Positions 17,171-25,827 of a stretch of 44,117 nt of DNA are shown one piece after another; the first letter of the stretch is position 1, and each line of letters opens with the position of its first letter. The stretch is from an uncultured Gammaproteobacteria bacterium. GTDB taxonomy: Bacteria; Patescibacteriota; Patescibacteriia; SG8-24; DYFX01. The stretch is from assembly GCA_964388605.1 (NCBI GenBank), contig CAYMBC010000001.1:1-44117 (forward strand), written 5' to 3'. Below the pieces are notes generated by a model, which was given only the letters and a program-made list of their open reading frames with translations, ran no database searches and was not told the origin of the DNA. The position numbers were made by a program, and so were the translations under genes.

Positions 17171-18742
17171 ATGCCGAAGCTTGTAAGAGCGACGCTTATC
17201 ATGAGCGACCATCATCTCGGCGGGGGGAAGCCCAAGCTCGAGGATTTTCCGGTCGAGAACGAAAGGGCGTATCTCGAGATGCTCGAGGCGCACTTGCGCA
17301 TCATTGGCCCTGCGGAAGAGTACGTGCACGTGATCGGCGGCGATTGGCTCGATCACCACGCCGTGGAGTTCGAAGGTCGGTATGGCATCTTCCCTACCGA
17401 AGAAGCCGCGCTTGCCAAAACGCGAACGATCGTCGAAGCGCACCGCGCGCATTTCGACGGCTTGAAGCGGCTGGCCGAACGGTACCCTGCTCTCGTCTTC
17501 CGTATCGTCATCGGCAACCACGACCTCGATCTCTCTTGGGAGAGCGTGCAAGCGATGATTCGCGGCATGCTGGTTCCCGACGCGCAAGCGCATCGCGTGA
17601 CGTTTCATCGCGAGGTGCGGATCGCCGATTCGGTGCTGTTTTGCCACGGCGATCAATTCGATCCGTTCTCCGCGAACCCCTCGAAAGAGGAAACGTTCAA
17701 GGATGACGTGATGATCAGCCGCAAGATCATGCTAGTCATGCTGCTGCTCTCGCTTGCGATCGCTGGCGCCCTTGCGAGCGTGACCTTCGCGATCGTTCCG
17801 TATACGTTCGCAGGGATGGCTGTTGGCAGCATCTTCTCCTTTTTCGCGCTCTTTCTGATGTTCCGATGGGTCGCCGGTCACTTGGCGTTCCGCTGGGGGA
17901 GCGCGAAGCGGGTGCTGAACGTCCCGATCGCCTCGCATATGAATGCGGGCCTCGGAACGAAGCTCAAGAAGTGGTTCTTTCGTGGTATCGGACGACGCGT
18001 CGATCATGGGGACGAATGGATTCTGGGCGTCGCTGAAAAGTGGTACGCCTTGCCGATCCTGTTGCCGATGATTGCGATCGAAGTCATCGCGCTCAAATTT
18101 TTCTACGTTTTTCGCCGACCGCGCGAAAGATTCTCTCCGCGCTTGATGCTCGACCTGATCGTCTCGACGATGCACGCCGATCGTATCGAGAAGGCAATGG
18201 GCGCGTTTCTTGAGGGGCGTCCGGAAGTGTGCCACCTGATTGCGGGGCACACGCATGACGGCAAGCAGATCACCGTCGAGCATGGAGAGCGAACCGTCAT
18301 GTACTACAATGCCGGAACGGCTATCCGGCAGATGCGCACGTTCAAGCCAGAAGTTCGCACCATAACGGCGTGGCCGAAAGTCGAGACGTTTTTCCGGCGC
18401 GTGCTCTATTACTGGGTCCATGCTCCGATCAAGGCCGTGGGGTCGACGCTGGCATATGCGGTCTTTCCGGTTACCCTTTTCATCCTTCCGCCTCTTCCCG
18501 TTCTGACCGCGTTGCGCTGGCCGATCGCTCTCGCGGCAGGCTTCCTGCTCCTGTGGTGGCAGTTCGCCGCGGAGTATCGAGACGGCCATTTTTTCCGCTT
18601 TACGCCCCCGGAAGTCTTGGAGTATTCCGATGGTTCGGTACGCGTGCGCATTTTGCACTACGATCATGAAGCTGGGCGCTTTCACCTCCTGACGGGGGAA
18701 GAAGCGACTTGGGATCATGTCGAGGATCCTTCCGTAGCGTGA
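17171..18742 (+). CDS. Calcineurin-like metallophosphoesterase (LpxH-like motif order) interrupted by, and followed by, transmembrane segments
   Basis: ATG 17171 follows ACGAGGAG. Motifs are IMSDHHLGG, IGGDWLDHH, IGNHDLD and CHGDQFD. An insert of about 190 aa holds several hydrophobic helices, then AGHTHDG, then more TM helices and a soluble tail. Confidence 0.8.
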   Translation: MPKLVRATLIMSDHHLGGGKPKLEDFPVENERAYLEMLEAHLRIIGPAEEYVHVIGGDWLDHHAVEFEGRYGIFPTEEAALAKTRTIVEAHRAHFDGLKRLAERYPALVFRIVIGNHDLDLSWESVQAMIRGMLVPDAQAHRVTFHREVRIADSVLFCHGDQFDPFSANPSKEETFKDDVMISRKIMLVMLLLSLAIAGALASVTFAIVPYTFAGMAVGSIFSFFALFLMFRWVAGHLAFRWGSAKRVLNVPIASHMNAGLGTKLKKWFFRGIGRRVDHGDEWILGVAEKWYALPILLPMIAIEVIALKFFYVFRRPRERFSPRLMLDLIVSTMHADRIEKAMGAFLEGRPEVCHLIAGHTHDGKQITVEHGERTVMYYNAGTAIRQMRTFKPEVRTITAWPKVETFFRRVLYYWVHAPIKAVGSTLAYAVFPVTLFILPPLPVLTALRWPIALAAGFLLLWWQFAAEYRDGHFFRFTPPEVLEYSDGSVRVRILHYDHEAGRFHLLTGEEATWDHVEDPSVA

Positions 18743-18817
18743 AGCCTTCGCGCCGTTCTGCACGGCTCGGAGGCCTTTTCTTTTCGGGTTCGTTCAGATA
18801 CCCTTGCTAGTGAAACT

Positions 18818-19387
18818 ATGAAAGAAGAGAGTTTTTTCCTTCGCCTCAAAAGCGAACACGAAGCATTTGAAGCTGCGAGGCGCGAAATCGTCAGCAGTTC
18901 TTCCAAGGCGCAAAGCGCTTCGAAGCGGGCTATTTTCGCGATTCTGCGCGATGACGACGCCTTGGCGAAGGCGTTGTTGACCGAAGCCGAGGATTGTTTT
19001 GAAGCCATCGGCAAACAAGCGGAAAAAAACCCGCGCTTGGCATATGAAGGCTCGTATCGCGCCGCGCTCGAGGAATATGCCGAAGCGCGCCTCGTTGCCC
19101 ACATCGCTTGGAAGGGCAGCGTGATTCCGCTCGATGGTTTGGATGAAGAAACGCACATTGCCGGATTGTGCGACGCGATCGGCGAGATCGTTCGCCTCAT
19201 GACATACCGCGTGACGGACGGGCGCGATAGCGACGCGCGTTATCTCAAAACCGCCCTCGACCGCTTGATAGACGGCCTTGATTCCATGGAGTATTCCGGA
19301 TATTTGCGAACCAAATACGACCAGGCCCGTTCTCAGTATCGGAAAGCGGAGGATATTCTCTATGAGCTCTCGCTTCGCGGACGGTAG
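18818..19387 (+). CDS. Translin/TRAX-family protein
   Basis: The C-terminus YLRTKYDQARSQYRKAEDILYELSLRG aligns by eye with the human translin C-terminus LRKRYDGLKYDVKKVEEVVYDLSIRG. E86-x2-E89 and D119-x3-E123 are present. Confidence 0.8.
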   Translation: MKEESFFLRLKSEHEAFEAARREIVSSSSKAQSASKRAIFAILRDDDALAKALLTEAEDCFEAIGKQAEKNPRLAYEGSYRAALEEYAEARLVAHIAWKGSVIPLDGLDEETHIAGLCDAIGEIVRLMTYRVTDGRDSDARYLKTALDRLIDGLDSMEYSGYLRTKYDQARSQYRKAEDILYELSLRGR

Positions 19388-20048
19388 CTTTCGCTCCGTC
19401 GACGCGATCATTCCGGCGCTGAACGAAGAGAGAACCGTCGGGGAAGTCGTGCGCGCGATCAAGGCGTCAGCATTCGTCGGCGAAGTCATTGTTGTCGACG
19501 ACGGGTCCGTCGACGGGACGTCGGAAGCTGCAAGCAAAGCCGGAGCGCGCGTCGTGCGCCTTGCGCGCAATTCGGGAAAGGGGGCGGCGCTTCTCGCGGG
19601 AGTCAGCGCGTCGTCAGCTGAAGTGTTTTTTTTCTGCGATGCGGATTTTATCGGCCTCTTGCCGTCGCATATCGATCGGTTGCTGGAGCCCGTCCTTGAA
19701 AAGCGCCTTGTGATGTGCACAGGTCTTCGCGACCGAGGGTCTTTCGTGACCCTGCTAATCAAGCATCTCCCGCTTCTTTCGGGGGAACGGGCATTGGAAC
19801 GGCGCGTGATAGAGGCAGTGCCTCCTCGCTTTTTTCAAGGGTTTCGCGTCGAGATGGCGCTCAATTACGCGTGCCGAGTACGCGGATGGAGGTATGGTTC
19901 GCTCACGACGTCGGGCGTCAGGCAGGTTCGCAAGATGCAAAAAGTGGGATTTTGGCGCGGCTTCGCTGCATATGCCGAAATGATAGGGGAAATCGTGGAC
20001 GCGCTTGTCCGTGTGCGGTTGGCGAAACGGGAATTTTTGCATGTATGA
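19362..20048 (+). CDS. Family-2 glycosyltransferase
   Basis: ATG 19362. AIIPALNEERTVGEVV ... VIVVDDGSVDGT ... FFCDADF (DxD). Overlaps the translin-like gene by 26 nt and murD by 4 nt. Confidence 0.8.
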   Translation: MSSRFADGSFRSVDAIIPALNEERTVGEVVRAIKASAFVGEVIVVDDGSVDGTSEAASKAGARVVRLARNSGKGAALLAGVSASSAEVFFFCDADFIGLLPSHIDRLLEPVLEKRLVMCTGLRDRGSFVTLLIKHLPLLSGERALERRVIEAVPPRFFQGFRVEMALNYACRVRGWRYGSLTTSGVRQVRKMQKVGFWRGFAAYAEMIGEIVDALVRVRLAKREFLHV

Positions 20049-21460
20049 TGAAAGCACTGCGCGGAAAAAAGGTAACGGTCATGGGTCTCGGCGTGAACCA
20101 GGGAGGATTGGGCGTATCGAAATGGCTGTTGCAGCAAGGGGCGCGCCTTACGATTACGGATCTGAAGGATCGGCGCGCACTTGCGGCACCGATCGAGGAA
20201 CTTGAGTCATTAAAAGCAAGGCTCGGAAAAAAGGCGTACCGCATTCGCTACGTGTTGGGTGAGCACAGAAGCGAAGATTTTCGAAATGCGGATCTTGTCA
20301 TTCAGAACCCCGGCGTGCCCCGGGACTCCTCTTTTCTGAAAATAGCAAAGAAGGCAGGAGCGCTGATCGAGTCGGATATGTCCATTTTTTTCCGGCTGTG
20401 CCCGTGCACGATCATCGGCGTTTCCGGTACGAAGGGCAAGACGACGGTCACGGCTCTCCTCGGATCCATGCTCGAGGCGTCCTTTGGGCACGCGTTTGTC
20501 GCCGGGAATATCCGAAAATCTCCTTACGATCACGATCTGTCGTCCGGGAACGAGATACCCGTGGTTTTAGAGCTCTCTTCCTGGCAGCTGGAAAGCCTCC
20601 AAGCGGTCGAGCGAAGTCCGAACATCGCTGTTCTCACGAACGTGCTTCCCGATCATTTGAATCGGTACGAAGGCATGCGGGAATACGCGGCTGCCAAAGA
20701 ACTGATCTATGCGTGGCAACTTCCTACTGATATCGCGATCGTTCCCTATGACAACCCGTATACGCGAAAAATGGGGGCGCGAGTGCGCGGTGAGCGGTTC
20801 TGGGCTTCCATGAAGCCCGTGGATAATGAACAGAACTGCCTGTATTACAAAGGCGGAAAGGCTGTCTTGCGATCGCAGGGAGCGGAGACGGTTCTCTTCG
20901 AAGAAAAAGAGATCCGGCTTCCCGGAACGCATAACCGCTGGAACGCCCTGCTGGCGGCAGGGGCGGCGTTTTTACGCGGCGCAAAAGTTCCGGCGATCCG
21001 GAAGGCTCTCCGCGCTTTTAAAGGAGTACCGCATCGTCTAGAATTCGTCCGGTCGTCCGAGGGGGTTTCCTATTGGAATGACACGGCGGCTACGACGCCG
21101 GAATCATCCATGGCTGCCATGGAAACGCTTTTCGCAAAAAAGAAAGGCGTCCTGATAGCTGGCGGGGCCGATAAGAAATTGGTGTTTTCTAAATGGGCGG
21201 AAACCGCAGGACGTCTGGCAAAAGAAGTCATTCTGCTTGACGGAACCGCGACGCCAAAAATACTGCACGCCTTGAAAAAAAACGGCGTAAAAACCGGAGC
21301 CGTTGCGGTATCGATGCGCGAAGCCGTTGCACGCGCTGCGGCCGCGGTGCAAAAAGGGGAAGCCGTTCTTCTTTCGCCAGGGTGCGCTTCCTTCGGCCTT
21401 TTCATAAACGAGTTCGATCGCGGCGAGCAGTTTCGTTCCGAGGTGCGGCGCCTTTGCTAG
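20045..21460 (+). CDS. murD: UDP-N-acetylmuramoylalanine--D-glutamate ligase
   Basis: ATG 20045 (MMKALRGKKVTVMGLGVNQGG Rossmann-like start). P-loop GVSGTKGKTT and the C-terminal PHRLE motif. The listed 19715 start is an upstream extension overlapping the GT2 gene. Confidence 0.9.
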   Translation: MMKALRGKKVTVMGLGVNQGGLGVSKWLLQQGARLTITDLKDRRALAAPIEELESLKARLGKKAYRIRYVLGEHRSEDFRNADLVIQNPGVPRDSSFLKIAKKAGALIESDMSIFFRLCPCTIIGVSGTKGKTTVTALLGSMLEASFGHAFVAGNIRKSPYDHDLSSGNEIPVVLELSSWQLESLQAVERSPNIAVLTNVLPDHLNRYEGMREYAAAKELIYAWQLPTDIAIVPYDNPYTRKMGARVRGERFWASMKPVDNEQNCLYYKGGKAVLRSQGAETVLFEEKEIRLPGTHNRWNALLAAGAAFLRGAKVPAIRKALRAFKGVPHRLEFVRSSEGVSYWNDTAATTPESSMAAMETLFAKKKGVLIAGGADKKLVFSKWAETAGRLAKEVILLDGTATPKILHALKKNGVKTGAVAVSMREAVARAAAAVQKGEAVLLSPGCASFGLFINEFDRGEQFRSEVRRLC

Positions 21461-21498
21461 ATCAGCGGCTCGTTTCGCGTGCGGCCTCTTTGAGACCG

Positions 21499-21507
21499 TG
21501 GTATAGT
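21499..21507 (+). promoter_or_regulatory. Extended -10 box (TGgTATAGT) 10 nt upstream of ATG 21518
   Basis: ccgTGgTATAGTgaacgcgctaATG. The listed GTG start at 21506 lies inside this box. Confidence 0.45.
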
Positions 21508-21517
21508 GAACGCGCTA

Positions 21518-22999
21518 ATGATATTTCCTATGCTCAAAGGAGCCTCCTTTCATTTTTGGAAGCATCGCGCGATTTTCATCGTGGCTCTCGCTACGCTCTT
21601 GACCGGCACGTGTTCGGCTTTGGCGGTTACTTCGGTCGGTACCGACATTTCCAGCGATGGAACCCTTACTATCTCCGGCAATGCGACAGTCGGTGCAGGG
21701 ACGCTGCATATCAGCGCCGCCGCGAATCACGTGGGGGTTCTGACGACATCGCCGTCCTCCGAACTTGACGTGCGCGATGGTTCCAGCGCTCCCTCGACCA
21801 ACATCTTCCAGGTCGCGAATTTGAACGATTCGTCACGCTATTTCACGGTCAGTTCTACCTCGGTCCAGGTGTCCGGGGGAACCCGACTTGTCGCAGGGGC
21901 AACCAGTACGTTGATCGTGAACTCTTCCGGCAATTTCGAATCGGTCAATGGCGTTATTACGCGTTTCCCGTCAAGCCAAGGATCGAGCGGCCAGTTTCTG
22001 ACCAACGATGGCGCGGGAAACTTGACGTGGACCACGGCCGCGGCAGCTGCGACTGGCCTCAATCAGGCATACCTCAGTTCCACCTCTTCTGGCGTTACGG
22101 CCGAGATATCCATCACGCCCTCGCTCGGAGCATTGACGATCGCGGACACGTTTTCCGGTACCGGCAACGTTTTTGAAGTCCAGAACCGGACGTCTTCATC
22201 CGGTTCCTATAGCCAGAGGTATTTTACGGTCAGCGCCACTTCCGTCGGCATCTTCTCCAACACGCCGAATGCGGCTTTAACCGTCCGTAACCCTGTGGAC
22301 ACGAGCGGTACGGTGCTTGACCTGCGGACCGGAACAAGTTCGGTTTTTTCAGTCGATTACCAGGGAAATATCGTTGGCGACCGCTCGATCACGGTGAGCC
22401 GAACGGCTCAGTTTGCGCAGGTGGCCGACGAATTTTGGCCGTACCCCGGCCTTTCAGTCATCCCTCAAGCCACGTTCACTCAGGATTTGATCCAGACGAA
22501 GACGGGGGCGACGTATCGATTCGTCGTGAAGGCTACGGGTTTCGTAGGTATCATGACAGCATCTCCGTCCTCCGAGCTTGATGTGCGCGACACGTCATCC
22601 GTTCCGACATCTAACATCTTCCAGGTCGCGAACTTGAACGATTCATCCCGCTATTTCACCGTCAGTTCGACGTCGACTTCGATTCAAACCAACCTGGATC
22701 TTGAGGGCGGCAGCGGATCCGTCGTCACGGATGCCGTAACGATCAATGCCGCGTCCGGCGTCATTGCCGACACGACGGATATCGCCATGAGCTCGACGCG
22801 CGCGGTCATCACGCTGACAAACAGCAGGATAACCGCCTCATCGGTCGTGCTTGTCAGCGGCTGCTCGACTCCGGATTCCGGCGCGATGCTGGTGGCCGCA
22901 GCCGCCCCCTCCGCAGGCAGCGCCGCGCTGACCGTAAGAAACGTCGGGCTTGCGAACCAAACGTCCGATTGGAAGCTGTGCTTCGTCGTTACGAACTGA
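21518..22999 (+). CDS. Secreted Ser/Thr-rich repeat protein, tail-fibre-like
   Basis: N-terminal hydrophobic segment. Internal 40-aa repeats (see repeat features). GSSGQFLTNDGAGNLTWT resembles the G-x2-GQ-x-L-x3-G-x4-W motif I associate with phage tail-fibre-like proteins. Confidence 0.7.
   Translation: MIFPMLKGASFHFWKHRAIFIVALATLLTGTCSALAVTSVGTDISSDGTLTISGNATVGAGTLHISAAANHVGVLTTSPSSELDVRDGSSAPSTNIFQVANLNDSSRYFTVSSTSVQVSGGTRLVAGATSTLIVNSSGNFESVNGVITRFPSSQGSSGQFLTNDGAGNLTWTTAAAAATGLNQAYLSSTSSGVTAEISITPSLGALTIADTFSGTGNVFEVQNRTSSSGSYSQRYFTVSATSVGIFSNTPNAALTVRNPVDTSGTVLDLRTGTSSVFSVDYQGNIVGDRSITVSRTAQFAQVADEFWPYPGLSVIPQATFTQDLIQTKTGATYRFVVKATGFVGIMTASPSSELDVRDTSSVPTSNIFQVANLNDSSRYFTVSSTSTSIQTNLDLEGGSGSVVTDAVTINAASGVIADTTDIAMSSTRAVITLTNSRITASSVVLVSGCSTPDSGAMLVAAAAPSAGSAALTVRNVGLANQTSDWKLCFVVTN
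21743..21862 (+). repeat. Intragenic direct repeat copy 1 (encodes TTSPSSELDVRDGSSAPSTNIFQVANLNDSSRYFTVSSTS)
   Basis: Aligned by eye with copy 2. Near-identical peptide with mostly synonymous or conservative DNA differences. Confidence 0.85.
22556..22675 (+). repeat. Intragenic direct repeat copy 2 (encodes TASPSSELDVRDTSSVPTSNIFQVANLNDSSRYFTVSSTS)
   Basis: See copy 1. A weaker third copy (NVFEVQNRTSSSGSYSQRYFTVSATS) lies between them. Confidence 0.85.
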
Positions 23000-23004
23000 G
23001 GCGT

Positions 23005-24246
23005 ATGCAGAGTTGGCGCAAGCGAACGGCTCTCCCATTGATTTTCTTAGGCGTCTTCTCGGCAGGAGATGTCCGGGCCGCGAACATTGTTTGGGCGCAA
23101 GCGGCCAACCTCGCGCTGGCCGGTTCCAGCATCACGTTGGTCGTTGATGCCGGATCGGAAGCCGACAGCCTTACGGTCGGCTCGTCGAGTTTTACCGTCT
23201 CGGTCGCCAGCGGACAGGTGTTCACGGTGCGCTATCCAGGGCCTTCCTATGGAACGATGACGAATGACGGGGCTATCAACGAATGCAGCATTGTCGGTTC
23301 GGACAACGTCGTTGTGGTGAACGGCCCAAAAACGGTCACGTTCACCCCGATCACGACGACCTGCGTGGAAGCGGTTCCGGTCAGGACGGGTAGCGGAAGC
23401 GTTCAGCCTCCCTCCGTTCGCGTATATGCGCCTAACGGCGGTGAAAAAGTGAAAAGCGGATCGTTACAGCGCGTTTTTTGGATGTACGGAGGTTCCCAAG
23501 GACGCAGCATGACCTTGCAGCTTTCCGTGAATGGCGGCGATTTTAAAACCGCGGCCACGAATCTCGCTTTATCGGGAGGGTTTCACGATCTTGCGCTTCC
23601 GGAGCTTGCATCTGATGCTACGGCGATCGTGCGCGCGCAGCTCATCGGGGACGGCGATGCGGTCTTGTCGTATGATGACTCGGACGGGGTTTTTACGATC
23701 GAAGGTTCCAGTCTTGCTGAAAGAACGGAGCCTTCAGAGAAAGCCGCAGATGCTCCGGAGTCGTATGATCCGAAAGCGACGATTGATGGTGACAAGGTTT
23801 TGCCGGAAAACAATGAGGGGCTCGGATCATTCTGTCTGGAAAAGAAGCTGATCAAGTTGGCAGATGACGGGAATCCAGAGACGCAGCACGACAGCGCCGT
23901 GTATTATTGCGGTCGAGACGGGAAACGCTACGGCTTTCCGAACGCGAAAATCTACGCGACATGGTATGAGGATTTTTCGAGCGTGACCGTTATTGCTCCC
24001 GAGGCCATGGCGGCGCTGCCGCTCGGCGGAAACGTGACGTATCGGCCCGGAAGCCGTCTCGTGAAAATCCAGAGCGATCCCAAAGTATACGCTGTTGGGC
24101 GCGACGGCCTTTTGCGGCACGTGCCCGATGAAGCTACGGCCGCAGCCCTTTTTGGAAACTCATGGAGCAGCCTGGTCGACGATATCGATGTCGCTTTTTT
24201 CTCGAATTACCGTTTCGGTTCTCCTGTTCCGAGGGCGACGCCGTGA
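23005..24246 (+). CDS. Secreted hypothetical protein
   Basis: ATG 23005 gives a signal peptide MQSWRKRTALPLIFLGVFSAGDVRAANIV. No family recognised. Confidence 0.65.
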   Translation: MQSWRKRTALPLIFLGVFSAGDVRAANIVWAQAANLALAGSSITLVVDAGSEADSLTVGSSSFTVSVASGQVFTVRYPGPSYGTMTNDGAINECSIVGSDNVVVVNGPKTVTFTPITTTCVEAVPVRTGSGSVQPPSVRVYAPNGGEKVKSGSLQRVFWMYGGSQGRSMTLQLSVNGGDFKTAATNLALSGGFHDLALPELASDATAIVRAQLIGDGDAVLSYDDSDGVFTIEGSSLAERTEPSEKAADAPESYDPKATIDGDKVLPENNEGLGSFCLEKKLIKLADDGNPETQHDSAVYYCGRDGKRYGFPNAKIYATWYEDFSSVTVIAPEAMAALPLGGNVTYRPGSRLVKIQSDPKVYAVGRDGLLRHVPDEATAAALFGNSWSSLVDDIDVAFFSNYRFGSPVPRATP

Positions 24247-24331
24247 CCTGGCCGAAGAGAGGCTTTATCGCGCCGGAGGCGCGATCACCCGTCTTGTCGC
24301 CGACGGTTTTTTTTACTAAGCTGAACCCGTT

Positions 24332-25681
24332 ATGCTCTCGCTGATCAAAAGAGCGGTTCCTAAACCGCTGCTGCTTTTCTACCACTGGATTTTGGCGCAT
24401 TTGGCCGCCGCTTGGTACGCTTGGCCTTCACGCAAGCTGATCGTGATCGGTGTCACGGGAACGAATGGGAAAACGACCGCGGTCAATTTGATCGCGCGTC
24501 TTTTAGAGGAGGCTGGAGAGAAGGTGGGCCTGACATCGACCGTGAATTTCCGCATTGCCGGAAAAGATCTTCTCAATGACAAGAAAATGACGATGCCCGG
24601 ACGTTTTTTCCTGCAGAAAATGCTGCATGACATGGCTGAAGCGGGGTGCCGCTACGCCGTCATCGAAACGTCGTCGCAGGGGCTCGATCAGTTCAGGCAT
24701 CTCGGCATCGAATACGACGTCGCGGTCTTTACCAACTTGACCCCGGAGCACATCGAGGCGCACGGGGGTTTTGAAAAGTACAAGAATGCGAAATTGAAAC
24801 TTTTCCGGCATCTTTCCAGGCGTGCTCGTAAGAATATTCCGATGCGCGGGGACGCGAAGAAGGTGATTGTCGCAAATCTTGAATCGGAGCATGCCCCAGA
24901 TTTTCTCGCCGCTCCAGCAGATAAGAAATACGGATTCTTGGCCGATAGCGCTGAAAAACCTTCTGGAAGCGTTTCGTGGCCAATCGCGGTCGTCAAGGGT
25001 CTCGACGTCCGTCTCGGGACAGAAGGTTCCGATTTTACCGTTCGTGATACGCGTTTTCGATTAAACATGCCGGGTCGATACAACGTCCTGAATGCGCTCG
25101 CGGCCATCGCTGTTGGGTTGTCCCAGGGCATACCGCTCGAAACGCTGGCGCGCGGGTTGGCCAAGGTTGATACTGTGCCAGGACGTTTCGAGCGCATCAA
25201 CGAAGGTCAGGAGTTCTCGATCATTGTCGACTACGCGCCTGAGCCGGAATCGCTGCGCCAAGTCTATGCCGCGATTTCGCGGCTTGCCCCCAAAAGGATC
25301 ATTCATGTTCTCGGTTCTGCCGGCGGAGGGCGGGATGTTGCCAGGCGCCCGATTCTTGGCTCCCTTGCAGGGAAAAACGCCGATATCGTCATCGTAACGA
25401 ACGAGGATCCGTACGACGACGATCCTCGCTTGATCATCGAGCAAGTCTCGTCAGGAGCGCTTGAGGCCGGCAAAAAAGAAGATGAAACGCTTTTCAAGAT
25501 TGATGATCGCCGGGAAGCGATCGCGAAGGCAATCTCGTTAGCTGCGCCTGGAGACGTCGTGCTCTTGACCGGCAAGGGCGCGGAACAGGCGATTGTCGGT
25601 CGAGGCGGAAAGATGACGGCTTGGGACGAACGCGTCGTAGCTCGAGAACTGGTACGGCAGCGCCTCGGCAAGCTACAATAA
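24332..25681 (+). CDS. murE: Mur ligase, MurE-like (UDP-MurNAc-L-Ala-D-Glu : diamino acid ligase)
   Basis: P-loop GVTGTNGKTT, central TNLTPEHIEAHG, and VDYAPEP in place of DYAHTP. NEDPY occupies the position of the DNPR motif. Confidence 0.75.
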   Translation: MLSLIKRAVPKPLLLFYHWILAHLAAAWYAWPSRKLIVIGVTGTNGKTTAVNLIARLLEEAGEKVGLTSTVNFRIAGKDLLNDKKMTMPGRFFLQKMLHDMAEAGCRYAVIETSSQGLDQFRHLGIEYDVAVFTNLTPEHIEAHGGFEKYKNAKLKLFRHLSRRARKNIPMRGDAKKVIVANLESEHAPDFLAAPADKKYGFLADSAEKPSGSVSWPIAVVKGLDVRLGTEGSDFTVRDTRFRLNMPGRYNVLNALAAIAVGLSQGIPLETLARGLAKVDTVPGRFERINEGQEFSIIVDYAPEPESLRQVYAAISRLAPKRIIHVLGSAGGGRDVARRPILGSLAGKNADIVIVTNEDPYDDDPRLIIEQVSSGALEAGKKEDETLFKIDDRREAIAKAISLAAPGDVVLLTGKGAEQAIVGRGGKMTAWDERVVARELVRQRLGKLQ

Positions 25682-25812
25682 ATTTGCAAGCTCTCTCGTC
25701 GGGGGAGTTGGAATGGATTTTCTGCGAGCCGTTCTCGTCTCGACGCGCTCAATCGGCTAATTTCAAGCGAACCCGGAGCCGAAGCGTTGGCCTTCCTCCG
25801 GAAAGTGGCTCG

Positions 25813-25821
25813 TGATAGCAT
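25813..25821 (+). promoter_or_regulatory. Extended -10 box (TGaTAGCAT) 6 nt upstream of ATG 25828
   Basis: cgTGaTAGCATtattctATG; no SD. Confidence 0.4.
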
Positions 25822-25827
25822 TATTCT

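Noticed and set aside
19715-20044. Upstream extension of the murD ORF. The same applies to the CYTH ORF (8745..8975) and the response-regulator ORF (31021..31077).
   Set aside because: The extensions overlap better-supported neighbouring genes or promoters and add Arg/Ser-rich sequence unrelated to the families.
21743-22675. Repeat pair considered as a diversity-generating retroelement template/variable region pair.
   Set aside because: Both copies are in frame inside one gene. The differences are not adenine-specific, and no reverse transcriptase is nearby.
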